A stretch of 64,000 nucleotides of DNA. It comes from Phoronis australis (taxonomy: Eukaryota; Animalia; Phoronida). Within the stretch, counting starts at the first letter, position 1. Each line of letters opens with the position of its first letter. Below the pieces are notes generated by a model. That model had not been told where the DNA came from, did no database searches, and saw only the letters and a list, made by a program, of their open reading frames with translations. Location of the stretch: the NCBI GenBank assembly GCA_002633005.1, contig NMRA01000194.1, positions 247,522-311,521 on the forward strand, in the 5' to 3' direction. Positions 51,498 through 64,000 of the stretch are shown here, piece by piece. The translations under genes and the position numbers were made by a program.

Positions 51498-54400
51498 AAC
51501 GAATTTTTAAGAACGGCAAGGGTGCGTTTTGTGTTGACGGAAATATCCATCTTTTATGGCGTAGAGGAATTTGAGGCATTTAATGATGAACAACTGTTGT
51601 GGCTTAATTTGGAAAAACACCTAGCAAAACTAACTTCCAAGTATGCAGGCTGTGGCGGAATTAAGAAATACGATTATGGTAGTGCTAATTGTAGCAGAGC
51701 CACAAAGTATGCTAAAATGGTAGAAAATTAGGCATAACATTTCTGTAGCAGATAAAAGGTTGATTGGCCCAGAAGGCCGATGTCTTCAATGCTCAGAAAA
51801 ATTTCGGCAGGCAAGCGACTTGCCAAGAAAACGGCACAGTTGAGTCCGGGCATTCTAAAGGAAAGAACTGCAGCCGATTCCAATTATTCGGTGCAACTTG
51901 TTCTCTCAGCTGACGGCGTTGTTTCACGATACTGCAACCTCAAACAACGTCAAAGAAACGAAACGCCGCAAACAACGTCAATGAAACGAAACGCGGAGGG
52001 TGAGATATTACAGAGTATTAATATTTATTTTTGCATACAGGTGTCCACCTCAAAATGAATTTCCCACGGTCATTCTAAAGTTTATGCCGATAGCAATGTT
52101 TTCGTCAACTGAAGAACAGGAATCATAGACATCCCGCGCGCTCCGTCTATGGTTCTGACAGTTTCTGACACTTCAAACTTTTGTCAACACGATAGGTAGC
52201 CGCAGAAAATTCGATGTTGACCTCATTCTAATCTTCTCTGCAATCCACTGTCAGGGGACGAAAACAATTCAATTTGGCGGTCCGTTAACCGTGTTTCCTC
52301 ATGAATATGAGTCCGTGTCCCGTGTATTTGGGTGCGTGGATCGTGTTTTGGGAGTCCGTTCCCGTGTTTGTGAGTCAGTGGGTGGTGTTTGCAGGCCCGC
52401 GGAGTCGTGTTCATGCGTCCGTGCCCGTGTTTATGAGTCCGTTGACCGTGTAGTTCAGGTACCTTGCTGGTACTACGGGGTACCCAACGTAGGCCTACAG
52501 AGAAATCTACCCAGGCCTATCCCGAGTCGTATGTCATGAACGGACTGGAACCCTCCCATCACCGCTCGAAAAGTTTCTTAGCTGACTAACCATCCAACCC
52601 TTAGAAATGTCGCCCTTCTACGCAGCCCAAATCGACACGACATGCCTGGTCCGCCGGGGCACGACACAAAACACTCGGCCTCATCCACTGTACGAAAATT
52701 TCCCTGCCACTGACTGTCACGCTTGCGGGCTCGATTTTTTGAGTCCCTAGCCTCCGCGCTTACTTACAATATTTTTTTTTCGTTTCCCCTTTCCAACTAT
52801 GCGCTTGACTGCGAGCACCGTGAGCGATGCTTTTGCATCTAGACTCAGTTTGATTTCAGGGTTTAGTGAAGGCGATTTGTGTGTACCTTAGATAATTAAA
52901 AAATACAAGCCATCTCAGCGGCACGTCCCCACTAGTATTTTGCTGACATCGAGATTCGAGCTCGCATCAGTTGTTCACACTGGTGTGCCAGTTTTATCCT
53001 TCACACTGCGCCACCGCGACGTAGGCCCATTGGCTAACTGCACCCGGCGGCCCCGCGGGAGAAAAGCTATCGCACTCGAGAGTTCTTCCGTTCCTGATTA
53101 GATATTCAAAATGGTGGACCGGTGCTTTGTTATGTAGTTCCCAGGCTGTGACAAGTTTCTGTTCATTCAAAGAACATAGCAAACAGTTTAGGCCTACTAA
53201 TAATTAGGATATCAGTCTATTAGGATATCTGTCTGGTTCGGTAAGTATCATTATGTGTTGGCCTATCTCAAAATCGCTCGATCTTTTTAGACTTGGAGTT
53301 TGGAAAATGTTTTCCACCAGGAAAGTCTATGTGACTGGCTATGCTCAGCGTTGGCATGGCCAACAATAAATTATGGAGTATTTGTGACGAAACGGTCAAA
53401 TTGAAGAAAACCGTGTGTAAGTTCAATACAAATTAAAAACCCTTCAAAGCTCGAGCTTGTGTGACCGTGCTGTTTTTGGTGTTAACCATACTTGCGGCAT
53501 TGTTAATCACACATGGTGACACATGGTATCACTCAACCTGTAGGCCTGGGCTGTGGGGAGTCGGTTCGTCACGCCGCTCTGCACATTCACAATGACAAGG
53601 ATGATAAGACTTGCTCAGTTGATTCTTTATAGGTAAGAAAGGGAGGAATTGATAGGTGTATTAACTTAAAAGAGAGTGCCACCAAAAAGATATTTTGCAT
53701 CAATTTAGGTCGAGTAATTCCACTCTATAGCAGCAAGTTCAGCTCTTTTGCTTGAGGGCAGACGGAGGTGCTGAAATTAAGCAATGACATAAGTGGAGCA
53801 CTGGATCTGTCAGTCTGTTACTTTTGTCAGCTTATGGTTTGACTTCATCATTTTACACCAATAAATCATCAAAATTCGATGCAAAACCCTGACATACACA
53901 TTGAATTTTTAAGCAAATAAGTCGTTTTATTTTGGTGTTGCGGATTTATAGAAAGTTTTTAACGTACTGTAACCTACGGCGGATGCAAAGTTCGCTAGGC
54001 CAGCTTACTGGGGTTGGCGGCGGGAAGTTTGGATCCGTTCGGTGATAAATTAGAATTATTCTTATGTGAAATACAGGTGTAGATGAGTATAGCCATTTGT
54101 TGTAATTTTATACTACAAACTTTTTCAGTTCTAAATGCATGCTTAGGGCTAGCCAGCCAGCTAGGTGTATAGATCTAATTCACACCGACAGGAGGCGCGT
54201 TCCAAAAAGAGGCTAACTACGATAGCTCTGTTGGCTTATCGGTATAGTTGTATTCCTGTTGCTTGAACGGCTTGAAAAAATACGGACTCTCAACTGTCTG
54301 TTTTCCTGGTATTCGAAGCGTTGGGTTGTTGCCATAAGCCGCGACGAAGGAAAATATGTCTGTGTAAAATTTATAAATGTTTTCGAAAAGTTCGACTCTA

Positions 54401-56589
54401 TAGCCCAACAACGAGATGGGAAGATGACCCCTCAGTGTAGCCAATATCTTAGGCGACTGATTAACTCCATTCTAGCATTTAAGGTTGGAGGACCACTTCT
54501 CTTTTGTTCGATAATTGCTCTAATCTCTAATAAGATGGTATCTAGCCTAGCTCAGTCCTCCCAGGAGGCCTAAAAATTCCCCTCAGTGATTGAAAAATTC
54601 TCTCCGGAGAATCACCTGTAACCACACAGGTGACAATTTGAAAGAGCACAAAATGCTACTTGAGACAGAGCCTATGAGAGCTTGCAACAGGGAGGGGGTG
54701 CTATTGATGGTGATCGGGAGGTAGATTTCCCCTCACTTGCGGCGAGAGAATGCCCTCTCAGAAGGCAAAAACACTTTTCCCCTCGGATAAACGAGGCCCC
54801 TGAAGAAACGTTATAACTATGCTTGTTCTGTCCAGTTAACTGAAATTGAGCTCTAAATTGAGGTATATGCTTTGGATGAACGAATTAGGTGTTTTGATTT
54901 TAAAATTCAACTTTGTCCAGATTTGAATCCTAACACAAGAATTAGACGTATGAATTATTAACACCAAGAAAGTAGAGCTGATGATCAAATAATTGTTATT
55001 TTCAATTACGCCGGAGCCTGGTTTTTTATTTTTATAAAACATATATTTAATAACATCAATTATTCTTTCTAATCAATGACAAATCAACTATTAGTCCCGG
55101 TAGTCCCTACTGACCTCACTAGATTATGCTTGATGTTAATATTCTTTATCAACCAATTAAACGAGATGTGACTAATTGCACATGACATCAAAATACGAGC
55201 AGATGACCTGGTTCGTGTAGAAAGCATTTTTATCAACAATTTACAAGAAGAAGCATCATACTGCATTCAGCATAATTATCTATTCTGTAACGTGATCGCC
55301 GCAATTTGGTCATATTTACTTTCCTTGTTTCGAACCTTGTTTTCCGAAAAAAAAAACTTCTACCCTTTCGTCAGACAACTCTTTGGTCCATTGATTTGTC
55401 CTCTGATACATTTTTCTATGTCTCTGTGACTAATTATCGACACATTTTTAAGATTTAATATCCAGGTTGGACTCGAAAGACCGACCATTTAACTCTCGCA
55501 AGGTCAACTTAATCTTTGTTTATCACAGTGAGCCTCGCTTTGGATTTTAATGTCCGCCGCGTGAATTAGGTCTATGAAGACTAGAGTCAAAATACTGCAA
55601 GGTACCACTGTGTGTATTTCTTCCATAGACCCCGAAATTGCACACAGCCAGGGTAGTTTTGCTCGTCACCTCGCCGTGAAACTTGTATCAACACGAAATG
55701 CTAAAGACTGGACGGGGTGCATACAAAATCTGGGAATCAACCGACATTCACCTTGCCTGTTAAACCGTTTAAGTGAAAAACAATGCAATAAACGTCTTTT
55801 TCTTGCGTAACTCTGCCCATTCTAACAATGAAAAGTATGTCATCGTTTTGAAAAGAGAACGCTCGTGTCACACGCACGCGCCATTTCCTAAATTTTTGGA
55901 CATCTCTCGGGAGATGATGGTAGCAGTTGGCAGCAGGAAAATTTTGTTCTGAAATTCGTTTTTTTGGTATCGAACTTCTAAAAAGTTACAATAAAGAGAA
56001 ACCAGTTTCAACAATTTGTTGTGAGGTTGATTGAAGAATCGGCGAAAAAAGAAACTGGCGAATAGGTGACGCATTATTTCATGGCGCCGAAAGCCGACGC
56101 AGAAGATCGATCCACAACTTTGGCAGCAGAATAATGGTAGAACGCAATTTTTTCCAACACCTTTGAATAATTTAGTTTACTCAAGGAAGATTGTAGTTTT
56201 TAATGACACTAATTGTGTGTCAGATTTCATCTTACCACATTTTTACCCACATTGATGCAAAGCTATATATTTAGTATACATCTTTGTACTAAGGCTAGCT
56301 TAGGGCAAGTCCTATTTTAAAAGCATTATAATTAAAATGCCTTTTTTATTGTAAGGATGATCAGTAATGTTTTAAACATTGTTTCACATTTTAGATTTAT
56401 TATCTTCACATTTACTTACAAGTTTTGAATTTGTATTCTACTTAACGCATAAAAACAGTTTTTCTGATTACCAACATGTGTCAAATACAAAATAATTATC
56501 ACTCTCATTCCCATCCATGTGGTTTACCAACTTCGATGAGAAATGAGGATTTTAGGTTATTACTTGGCGAAATTCTTCAAAGTCCTCCA

Positions 56590-59500
56590 AGTATGTTGCT
56601 CTCAGACACTAAGTTTTTTGTTTGCACTCTACAGGTCGCATTTTTTGTCCAATTCTCATGAAATTTGCAAACAACTTGTGAACCCAAAAGTTCTGGAAGC
56701 CTATTGTTTTTCGTCATTATCAGATTCAAGATGGCCGATGTGGCGGCCATTTTGTATACATTTTCTGGTTCCGAGACTCATGGAGACTGCAATTTTTTGC
56801 ATACACAGCTAAAAATCAGCACCTTGATTGCTCAAGACTTGTGCTACAGATGTGCAGGAAAACATTTACTTCCTGTCGAAGATGGCTGAAGTATCTGCCA
56901 TTGCGCATGCACATTTCGATGTCGAGTAAAAAGCATTTTCTCCCATAGAGGGCGCAATATCAATGTGGTTGCTTCGAAATTTTTCATGCATTAGTTTTTA
57001 ATATTTAGCTATGATCTAGTGCCACTCAACCGTAAGTGGTTTTCAAATTGGCGGATCTAGTGTATTCTGACCCGTTTTCAGTCGTGTTGGGGTGCCATTT
57101 TAAATGGGAAAAGGAAATGACGTGAATTTTTGCCTATGGATTCTCTGAGGAATACCCTTTCAAATGAACTGTAACATTTTTTTCTCAGATGTACTGTTTT
57201 CGATTTATTTGACGCAAAATTTCATTTTTTTTCAAAAAGTTTACTGAATTTTGCAAAACTACCATGTTAGATAGAGTTTTGAACGGGCATTCAGAAGATA
57301 CTTTCTATTTTTCGCTAGGACATCTACTTTTTGAGTTATTCAAGATTTTATGATAGCGCTGTTCCTTTGTTGACCGGTTTTGCTGCAGTGATGTACGTTT
57401 AGCTTCCATTGAACAAGACAGTAGTCTATTTGTTACTGATTTCTGACATCTTCGCTAGTCATATGAATGTTATTATGTTGTTCATAATCTTCACTATCAT
57501 CATCGTCATCTCCATCGCCGTCGTCCTCCCCATCGTCATATTTTCAGTTAATTTCACAAAGTGTCGCTCAAGTCTGTAGCCTATTTCTTACTGACTTCTT
57601 ACATTGCTAGTGATATGAATGTCGTGTTGTTCATACTCGCCACCTTCATCATCATAACCATCATCATTGTCATCATCTCTGTCGTCGTCTTTTCAGTTAA
57701 TTTCGCCAAGTGCCGCTCCTCTGAGCGCTCTCTTGTTTGTTAACCCAACAGCCTTAAAAATTGTTTGTTCGCACTCTACAGGTCACAATTTTCGTCCAAG
57801 TCTCACGAAATTTGCACACAGCGTGTAGACCCAGAAGTCCTGGAAGCCTATAGTTTTTCGTCATGATCGGATTCAAAATGGCGGATCTGGTGGCCATTTT
57901 GTTTCTGACTTCAGATTCAAATGCTCATAGAGGCCGCAATTTTGACGTACAGGGATGAAAATTAGTACGGCTATTATAACCGACAGGTACTACAATTGTG
58001 CCGTAGATCATCAACTTCCAGTTACAGATGTCAGAAATATTGGCAATGGCGCATGCTCACCTCGATTTCTGCCCGAAAACGTTTTCTCCAGCAGAGAGCG
58101 CATTGGCAAACCAATCATTTTCAAACTTGTCACGTGCTCGTTTCTTGTGGTTGGCTATTATATTAAATTTTGATTAACTGGAAGTTGCTTTCAAGATGGC
58201 GTCTCTGGAGCATTTTCACCCATTTTCGATCGTTCTGCATTCGCATTTTGAACGGCAAGAGCAAATGAATTTTTGGATGTGGTTTCCTTGCAGTATGCTC
58301 TTTCAAAAGTTCTAAGACAACATTTTCCTCGGTGTTAACATTTTATGTTATTTGACTTTGAATTTCAAAAAAATACAAAATCTCAATTTTTTTCAAAACT
58401 TTTACAAATTTTTGTGCAACTATATTTTTAGATAGAGATTTGAACGCGCTTTCAGAACATTTTTTCTATTTTTCGATACGACATCTACTTTTCGAATTGT
58501 TTGAGGTTTTCTGAAAACGCTGTTCCTTTGTTGACCGATTTTGCTACGCGGTTGTTAGTTTACCGGCAACTGAATAAGACTGCAGCCTATTTCTTACTGA
58601 TTTCTGGCATCCTCGCTAGTCATATGAATGTTATCAGGTTGATCATCATCGCCACCGTCATCATCAACGTCGTCTTTATCTTCACCGACATCTTTTTGGT
58701 TAATTTCGCCAAGTGTCGCTCCTCCTAGCGCTCTCGTGTTGTTTGTTGCCCGACAGCCTTAAAAATTGTTTGTTCTCACAATACAGGTCGCAATGTGAGG
58801 GCTCGACATTAACGGTAGACCGACTGCCCGGGACAACCAATTTGTTGGTTCGGACAAGCTCACGGCCGAGCAGCTTGTCCGACGGGACAAGTCAATGAAT
58901 TTTTCTGCAAACGTTCGTCGCACAAAATTAAGATTCCAAAATGAGCGCAACTCGATTACCTTTCTGTGACAATCAATCAGGTTTAGCGGAACCAGGACCT
59001 TGCCTTACTATGGCGGTAAAATACCCGTATTCTCATGCCCTTTACTGAAGAAGACACAATTGTTTCCTTTGGCTCACGCGCGGAACTCATGTTGGCATGT
59101 ACTGATCAATGAGACAGCGCTTGTCGAATGTATTTGCTGTAGAAGAACCAGCATACTTGACAGGGATATCATGTCCGTGGCCAATCTTTCTGTGGTTCCC
59201 CGTGACAGTACACGAAGCATAACCACCCTGAGCATTGAAATAAGAAAAGGCATGGTCCATTGTGACAAGCCAACTTGTGTCGCTGTTCCCATCTTGGTTA
59301 AACGCATGTTATTATGACTTTCTCTCCTAACACCAAAATGGAAGCACCCAACTAAAAGGCAAGAGCTCAAAAAATCAACTTGTCATTAGTGCAAGTTGAA
59401 CATTTTGTCCATGTTCTACGTGGTCAAAAACTTATTTTTTGAACTTTTGATTTGCTTGATGACTTTTTACAAGATGTGTTTTTGCGTCATTATTTCGGCA

Positions 59501-61663
59501 GCTGACCGAGTACATGGTCTGATTGTTGAGCACGTGCTTTGGTGTGGCAGCGTTGTTGGCTTTGAACTAAAAAAGAAATATACAATGTATATAAAATGTT
59601 ACATTGTTCAAAGTATTCAACAGAAAGACCTGTCAATCATTAGCACCTGCTGGGTTGCTTAAGTTCAAAGTATTCAGTACTGAAGAAGACCTGTCAGTCA
59701 TTAGCACTTGCTGGGTTGCTTAAAACTAAGTTCAAAGTATTAAGTACTGAAGAAGACCTGTCTGTCATTAGCTCGTGCTTGGTTGCCTAAGCGTCCTGCA
59801 AATCTTTACACTATTAAGTGCTTCATTTAAAAATACACTGTGAACGAACTAGTGGAGTCTTGCGTGATCTGTCTTTTCTCTCAAGAAACTTGCCCTACTG
59901 AACACACGCCTACCTGTAGGAATACCTTAGTTCTAAGAGATGACCAGCAGCGACCGAGGTACGTAAGAACCCAGTCCCGCTCAGGATCACGACGTCACTG
60001 TATTGTGAGTGGGCAGGCCGTCGAAGTCCGTTACTTCAATTCCCCGACCTATATTTTAACTGATTATGCTTGCAGTCCGACGTCAGTGTATCTCCGTTCG
60101 GGTGAAATCGGTCCTCCATGCAGTAATTAGCTACAACTCCTGACTTCCAAAATTTTGATTTTAACCGCCCATGCTCGGCTTACCGCCCACCCCGTTTTTT
60201 AGATTCCCAATTTAAGCGCCCAGGGCGGTAACGCGGACGAGTGTGGTGTAGTTAATTTGGGTATCAGTTTCAAGTCAAGGAGTTCTGATCTTGCAACTGT
60301 TAACCAAACCAAAGGGCGTGAAATCACCAAGCAACAGACGAAACCAATAAACGGTAACAGGAATTCCTTCCAAAGTGAAAGAAAGATTTTGACAGGTTAC
60401 CGTAGGGTTTGATAGTGACCAGAAGTGAAATGTGTTGTGTCCCGTGTGAAAAATACACCGATGCAAACAGTTCATCTCTTGCGTTTGGGTCAGATGTGTT
60501 CAGGATCGAATCTTTGAAAAGTCACGAACAGTCCACGGCTCACTCAGCAGCTTATAAAAATACATTATACCGGTATAACTGAATTGAAAAGCCAGGGTAA
60601 ACTTGTGGCGTGTTCACTGGTGAAATCCAAATACAAATACCGATTTAATAAACTTGTGCAAAATTTAAATGTCGTGTAATATATGCTGTTACACATGTTT
60701 ATTGGGCTTGTGTTAACAGGTATAATGTGCGACATTCATATATGTTTGAAAAGTATAATTTGAGTTTAATTACCTTTGGACAAGTGTCTTATAGGTCAGG
60801 ACAAGTAAATTTCATTTCTACTTGTCTGACTAGACAAGTTAAAATAAAAGTTAATGTCGAGCCCTGAATGTTCGTCTGATCTCCATGAAATTTGTAAACT
60901 CGTAGGTCTGGAAGTGCTGGAATCCTATTGGTTTACGTTATGATCAGATCCAAGATGGCGGACATAGCAGCCATTTTGTTTCTGGTTTCAGGTTCAAAGA
61001 CTCATAGAGGTCGTATTTTTTGACGTGCACAGCTGGAAATTGGCGCAAACATAGAAGTGGACAAGTACTACCAATACCGCTGAAATCATGAACTTCCAGT
61101 TCAAGATGGCGGAAATATAGGCAATCATGCATGCGCACCTTGATTTCGGGCTGAAAACGTTTTTCTGCTGTAGAGGGTGCATTATAGGACCAACTCCTTC
61201 GAAATTTTTCAGGTACCGGGTATTAGTTTTTAATGACAAGCTCTGATACATTGCAGCAGAACTGGAAGTTGCTTTCAAGATTGCGGATCTGGTGTATTTT
61301 TACTCATTTTCATTCGTTCTACGGTCTTATTTTGAACGGGAGGAGCAAATGACGCAAATTTTTGCATGTGGATTCTTGAAAGTGTACCCTTTCAAATGTT
61401 CTTCGACAGCGTTTTTCTCAGACTTACCGTTTTCGAGTTATTTGACTGAGTTCCAAAAAACGCAAAAAATTTCTATTTTTTCGAAAAATTTACGGAATGT
61501 TGCGAAACTATTGATTAAGATAGAGTTTTAAATGGGCTTTCAGAATTTATTTTTCATTTTTCACTAGGATGTCTACTTTTTGAATTATTTGAGATTTTCT
61601 GATAGCGCTGTTCCTTTGTTGAGGGCTCTTGCTGCATTGATGTTGGTTTAGCTTCTATTGAAC
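56590..61663 (+). repeat. Diverged tandem array of about 1.0-1.15-kb units (3 units; the third split by an insertion)
   Basis: Anchor tttgttcgcactctacaggtc.caat near 56620, 57765 and 58770; unit 3 resumes at 60867. Shared caagatggc.ga...gccattttg and ggacatctactttt blocks. Confidence 0.8.
58797..60866. mobile_element. hAT-like element with 5-bp TSD (hAT5-like)
   Basis: AATGT|gAGGGCTCGACATTAAC ... GTTAATGTCGAGCCCTG|AATGT with ggacaag subterminal motifs. The host repeat is restored on removal. About 55-60-bp tandem repeats at 59605-59790. Confidence 0.85.
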
Positions 61664-62100
61664 CAGGGATATACTTAGCCACTAGCCCAGTCACCAATGC
61701 AAGTAAAAATGGTGCTGGCCGAGTAGAAGTCGACTTGCCGGTCGCCCAGGTTGCGAGCGAATTTTCAGAGCGCAAAAACGCTATATCGTTTCCCAGATGA
61801 ACATGAATAAATTTCCCCCTGCTTTTGTTGTTTTTATCATGAATTTAAGGTTCAGTTTAGTCAGCGTGTTGATGCTCCGGCAGTAAAAAACATCGGCGCA
61901 GTGCGATCCTACCGATTCAGTAGATGTCACCCGTTACGCGATTCGTCTAGACAAAAGAACACTGTGTGGTCGTTCACAAAGGAATTTGTGGACTAGTCCG
62001 AAACAAGAAAAGTGGGGAAAGGCGGAAGACCGGTCCATGTGCTCACAGCAAGTGAAATACCATAATTCTTGGAACTGATTTCTTATTGTAATGTACAGTG
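61664..62100 (+). mobile_element. Left end of another hAT-like element interrupting the same repeat unit
   Basis: Host unit stops at ..ttgaac and is followed by CAGGGATATACTTAGCCACTAGCCC. Right end not found; extent approximate. Confidence 0.45.
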
Positions 62101-62132
62101 CAATGTCATTTTAGCCAAAATTTATAAATAAT

Positions 62133-62835
62133 AATATTCATCCTAATAAGCGCCCATGCCCCTATAAGCAACCCCCCGTGCACTCGTTTCCAGACTTCGC
62201 TAAAATAAGAGTCCAGTCCATGAACGTGTACATATGCGAAAAATGCCTTACCTACAGTTCTAAAATTCTACAATAATGTCTTCAATTTACCAATAATATC
62301 CGACAGTCCTGAAAAATCATTGTGCGCGGAATTTCTAGACCACGAGCCTCACCGCTATGTCGGTATTTAGCCGTGGCTGTACACTTCAAAAAGAACGCAA
62401 AAGTTCTGCTGATTTTGCGAGGAACATATCCCACTATGGCCAGGTCTTTCAGAACAGACGCAGCGCAGTTGTCAGCGTCATTGTATTGTATCTTTCCCGT
62501 ACATCTTTTCTCCCTCAACAGGAATGCAGATTACTTTTGTATACGTAAAAACTTCGAATTGAAACTTGACCAGTGTTAATGAGCACATATGTTAGTATGT
62601 GGGCCTGCTACCGACTCTGGCAAATGAACTCTGATGACACACACGCTCTCGCTCACTCGGCAGACACCTGCAGACTCACTTCAAAACAAACGTCACGTGA
62701 CAACAACATGTGTGTTCATCCAGATTTTTCGCTTGTTGCAGTGTACGATCTAGCCCAGATTTGGACTGCGGTTGATACCGACTCTACAGGAACTTAAAAA
62801 TCTTAAGTATGCTATTTGGAAAACTTAAAGGATAA
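62133..62835. mobile_element. Truncated second copy of the HIRAN-bearing element; pseudogene at about 62260-62575 on the minus strand
   Basis: Collinear with 8352-8790 and 9270-9440. Encodes VSIRSFYVYK / NDADNCAASVLKDLAIVGYVPRKISRTFAFFLK..TAKYRHSGEARGLEIPRTMIF. Confidence 0.8.
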
Positions 62836-62990
62836 TGCCACCCGATTTGATTAGTTTTTTTCGTCTCAATCGGTCTATATCCACAACACATCGTATATGG
62901 TTGATCTCTCCTCGCTGAGAGGTGTCGCGTAAACCTGTGAGGAAGGTGAGAAATGACTCAGCGACATCAGTGGTTCTTCTGCAGAGTAAG

Positions 62991-63290
62991 TGTATCGTTC
63001 CTGCTTGTGCGAACTATGAAGTTACGAGGAAAGCAGGTATATCGTTTTTTCAACTTCCTCGAGAGCACACAATGCTTCGGAAGTGGTTTGCGGTCGTGAA
63101 GAATGAAAAGTACGCCATAATACCAATTAAGTATGAGGCCGTGAAACGTCTCCGTGTCTGTGGCTGGCATTTCGTCTACAGTGATTTCACTGACGATCGA
63201 ATGCCGGCTTACCAAACAGCTCACGCCAGGGCAGAAAAAGAGTCTGAGTATGAAGTCGGATGTTGTGCCTAGTGTGTTTGGGTTTGGTAG
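62991..63290 (+). pseudogene. THAP (C2CH) zinc-finger domain with one frameshift
   Basis: CIVPAC..ISFFQLP...RKW...LRVCGWHF..SDF, then in the next frame MKSDVVPSVF (AVPT-box equivalent). Confidence 0.85.
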
Positions 63291-63612
63291 GCAGGAGACA
63301 AAACAACGCGGATCAGTTGTTGCTCAGTTATTATGGAAAATTGTAGCTGGCTATGGAAACACAAACAATTACAATTAATCCAAGGCATGAGAACATAACG
63401 TTTTATATAACCTGTTTGATGACTTACTCGTTCGTCTAGCTTCTGTTTGGACCTCTGGGTGTAGAATGTTTTCGCCAGTTCTTTTTCCCAGTGCCAAAAA
63501 GTAAGAAGACTTCTGTTTAGATGCGGTGCAAAATCAGGATGGTCGGTGAGACATAGCTACGCTTCTCCAAGAAGGTGTTTCACTTGCGGAATTTCTTTGT
63601 GCCCACTTTTCA

Positions 63613-64000
63613 TTTTTATGCGCCCACATATTTATATGTGGACGCATTATGCCGTCATCTCTGTCCGTCCGTCCGTCCGGCGTCCGGCGTCCGCTGCTCT
63701 ATCTCCAAAACCCTTTGACATACGTTCATGAAATTTGGCACATATGTTCCATTCATGAATGGGACGGCATGTGCGAACTTTCGGACGGATCCGACTACCG
63801 GTGTGCCCCCTAGTGGCAATTTTAGTTTTTTACGCTTACCTTTGTATCTTCAAAAGTCCTGAACGGATTTTCATGAAATTTGGTATGTAGGCACCTAGTA
63901 GTGAGATGACGCTATCCTGCCGTTTTCGGATGGATTCGACATAGTTTGCGCCACCTAGTGGCCATTTTTACTGTTTTCGAGTCTGTTTTTGTGCTTCCAC
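63613..64000 (+). mobile_element. 5' end of a second copy of the Helentron/DINE-1-like element (runs off the window)
   Basis: ttttt-ATGCGCCCACAT-atttat-ATGTGGACGCAT hairpin/subTIR, (GTCC)n, then the reverse complement of 22595-22915. Confidence 0.9.

Noticed and set aside
57561-58728. Hydrophobic TM-like ORFs (57561-57743, 58501-58728)
   Set aside because: They arise from (ATC/GTC)n low-complexity tracts within the kilobase repeat units.

Overview
This is AT-rich, repeat-dense eukaryotic genomic DNA. The transposon families point to an invertebrate animal, but the species cannot be determined, and most ORF-track entries are spurious. One spliced host gene is supported on the minus strand. 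It has a first coding exon at 29723-29301, a coiled-coil exon at 20654-20517 resembling the N-terminal coiled coil of NCKAP5 (recalled alignment, not a database hit), and a 9-nt microexon at 18203-18195. All junctions are GT-AG and phase 0, and the gene presumably continues beyond base 1. Its long intron holds several candidate alternative first exons, one encoding a transmembrane segment. The rest is nested mobile DNA: TA-flanked CCGTA-ended TIR elements (one family carrying a decayed stand-alone HIRAN-like gene), a Helentron/DINE-1-like element whose internal higher-order repeat is an array of CTCF-consensus motifs (two copies), hAT-like elements (one with a clean 5-bp target duplication), a tyrosine-recombinase retroelement 3' end with split direct repeats, LINE RT remnants (one seeding a 54-bp minisatellite), tRNA-derived SINEs and a frameshifted THAP domain. 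Several duplications at single-N joins are probably assembly artefacts. No CRISPR, rRNA or intact transposase was seen.
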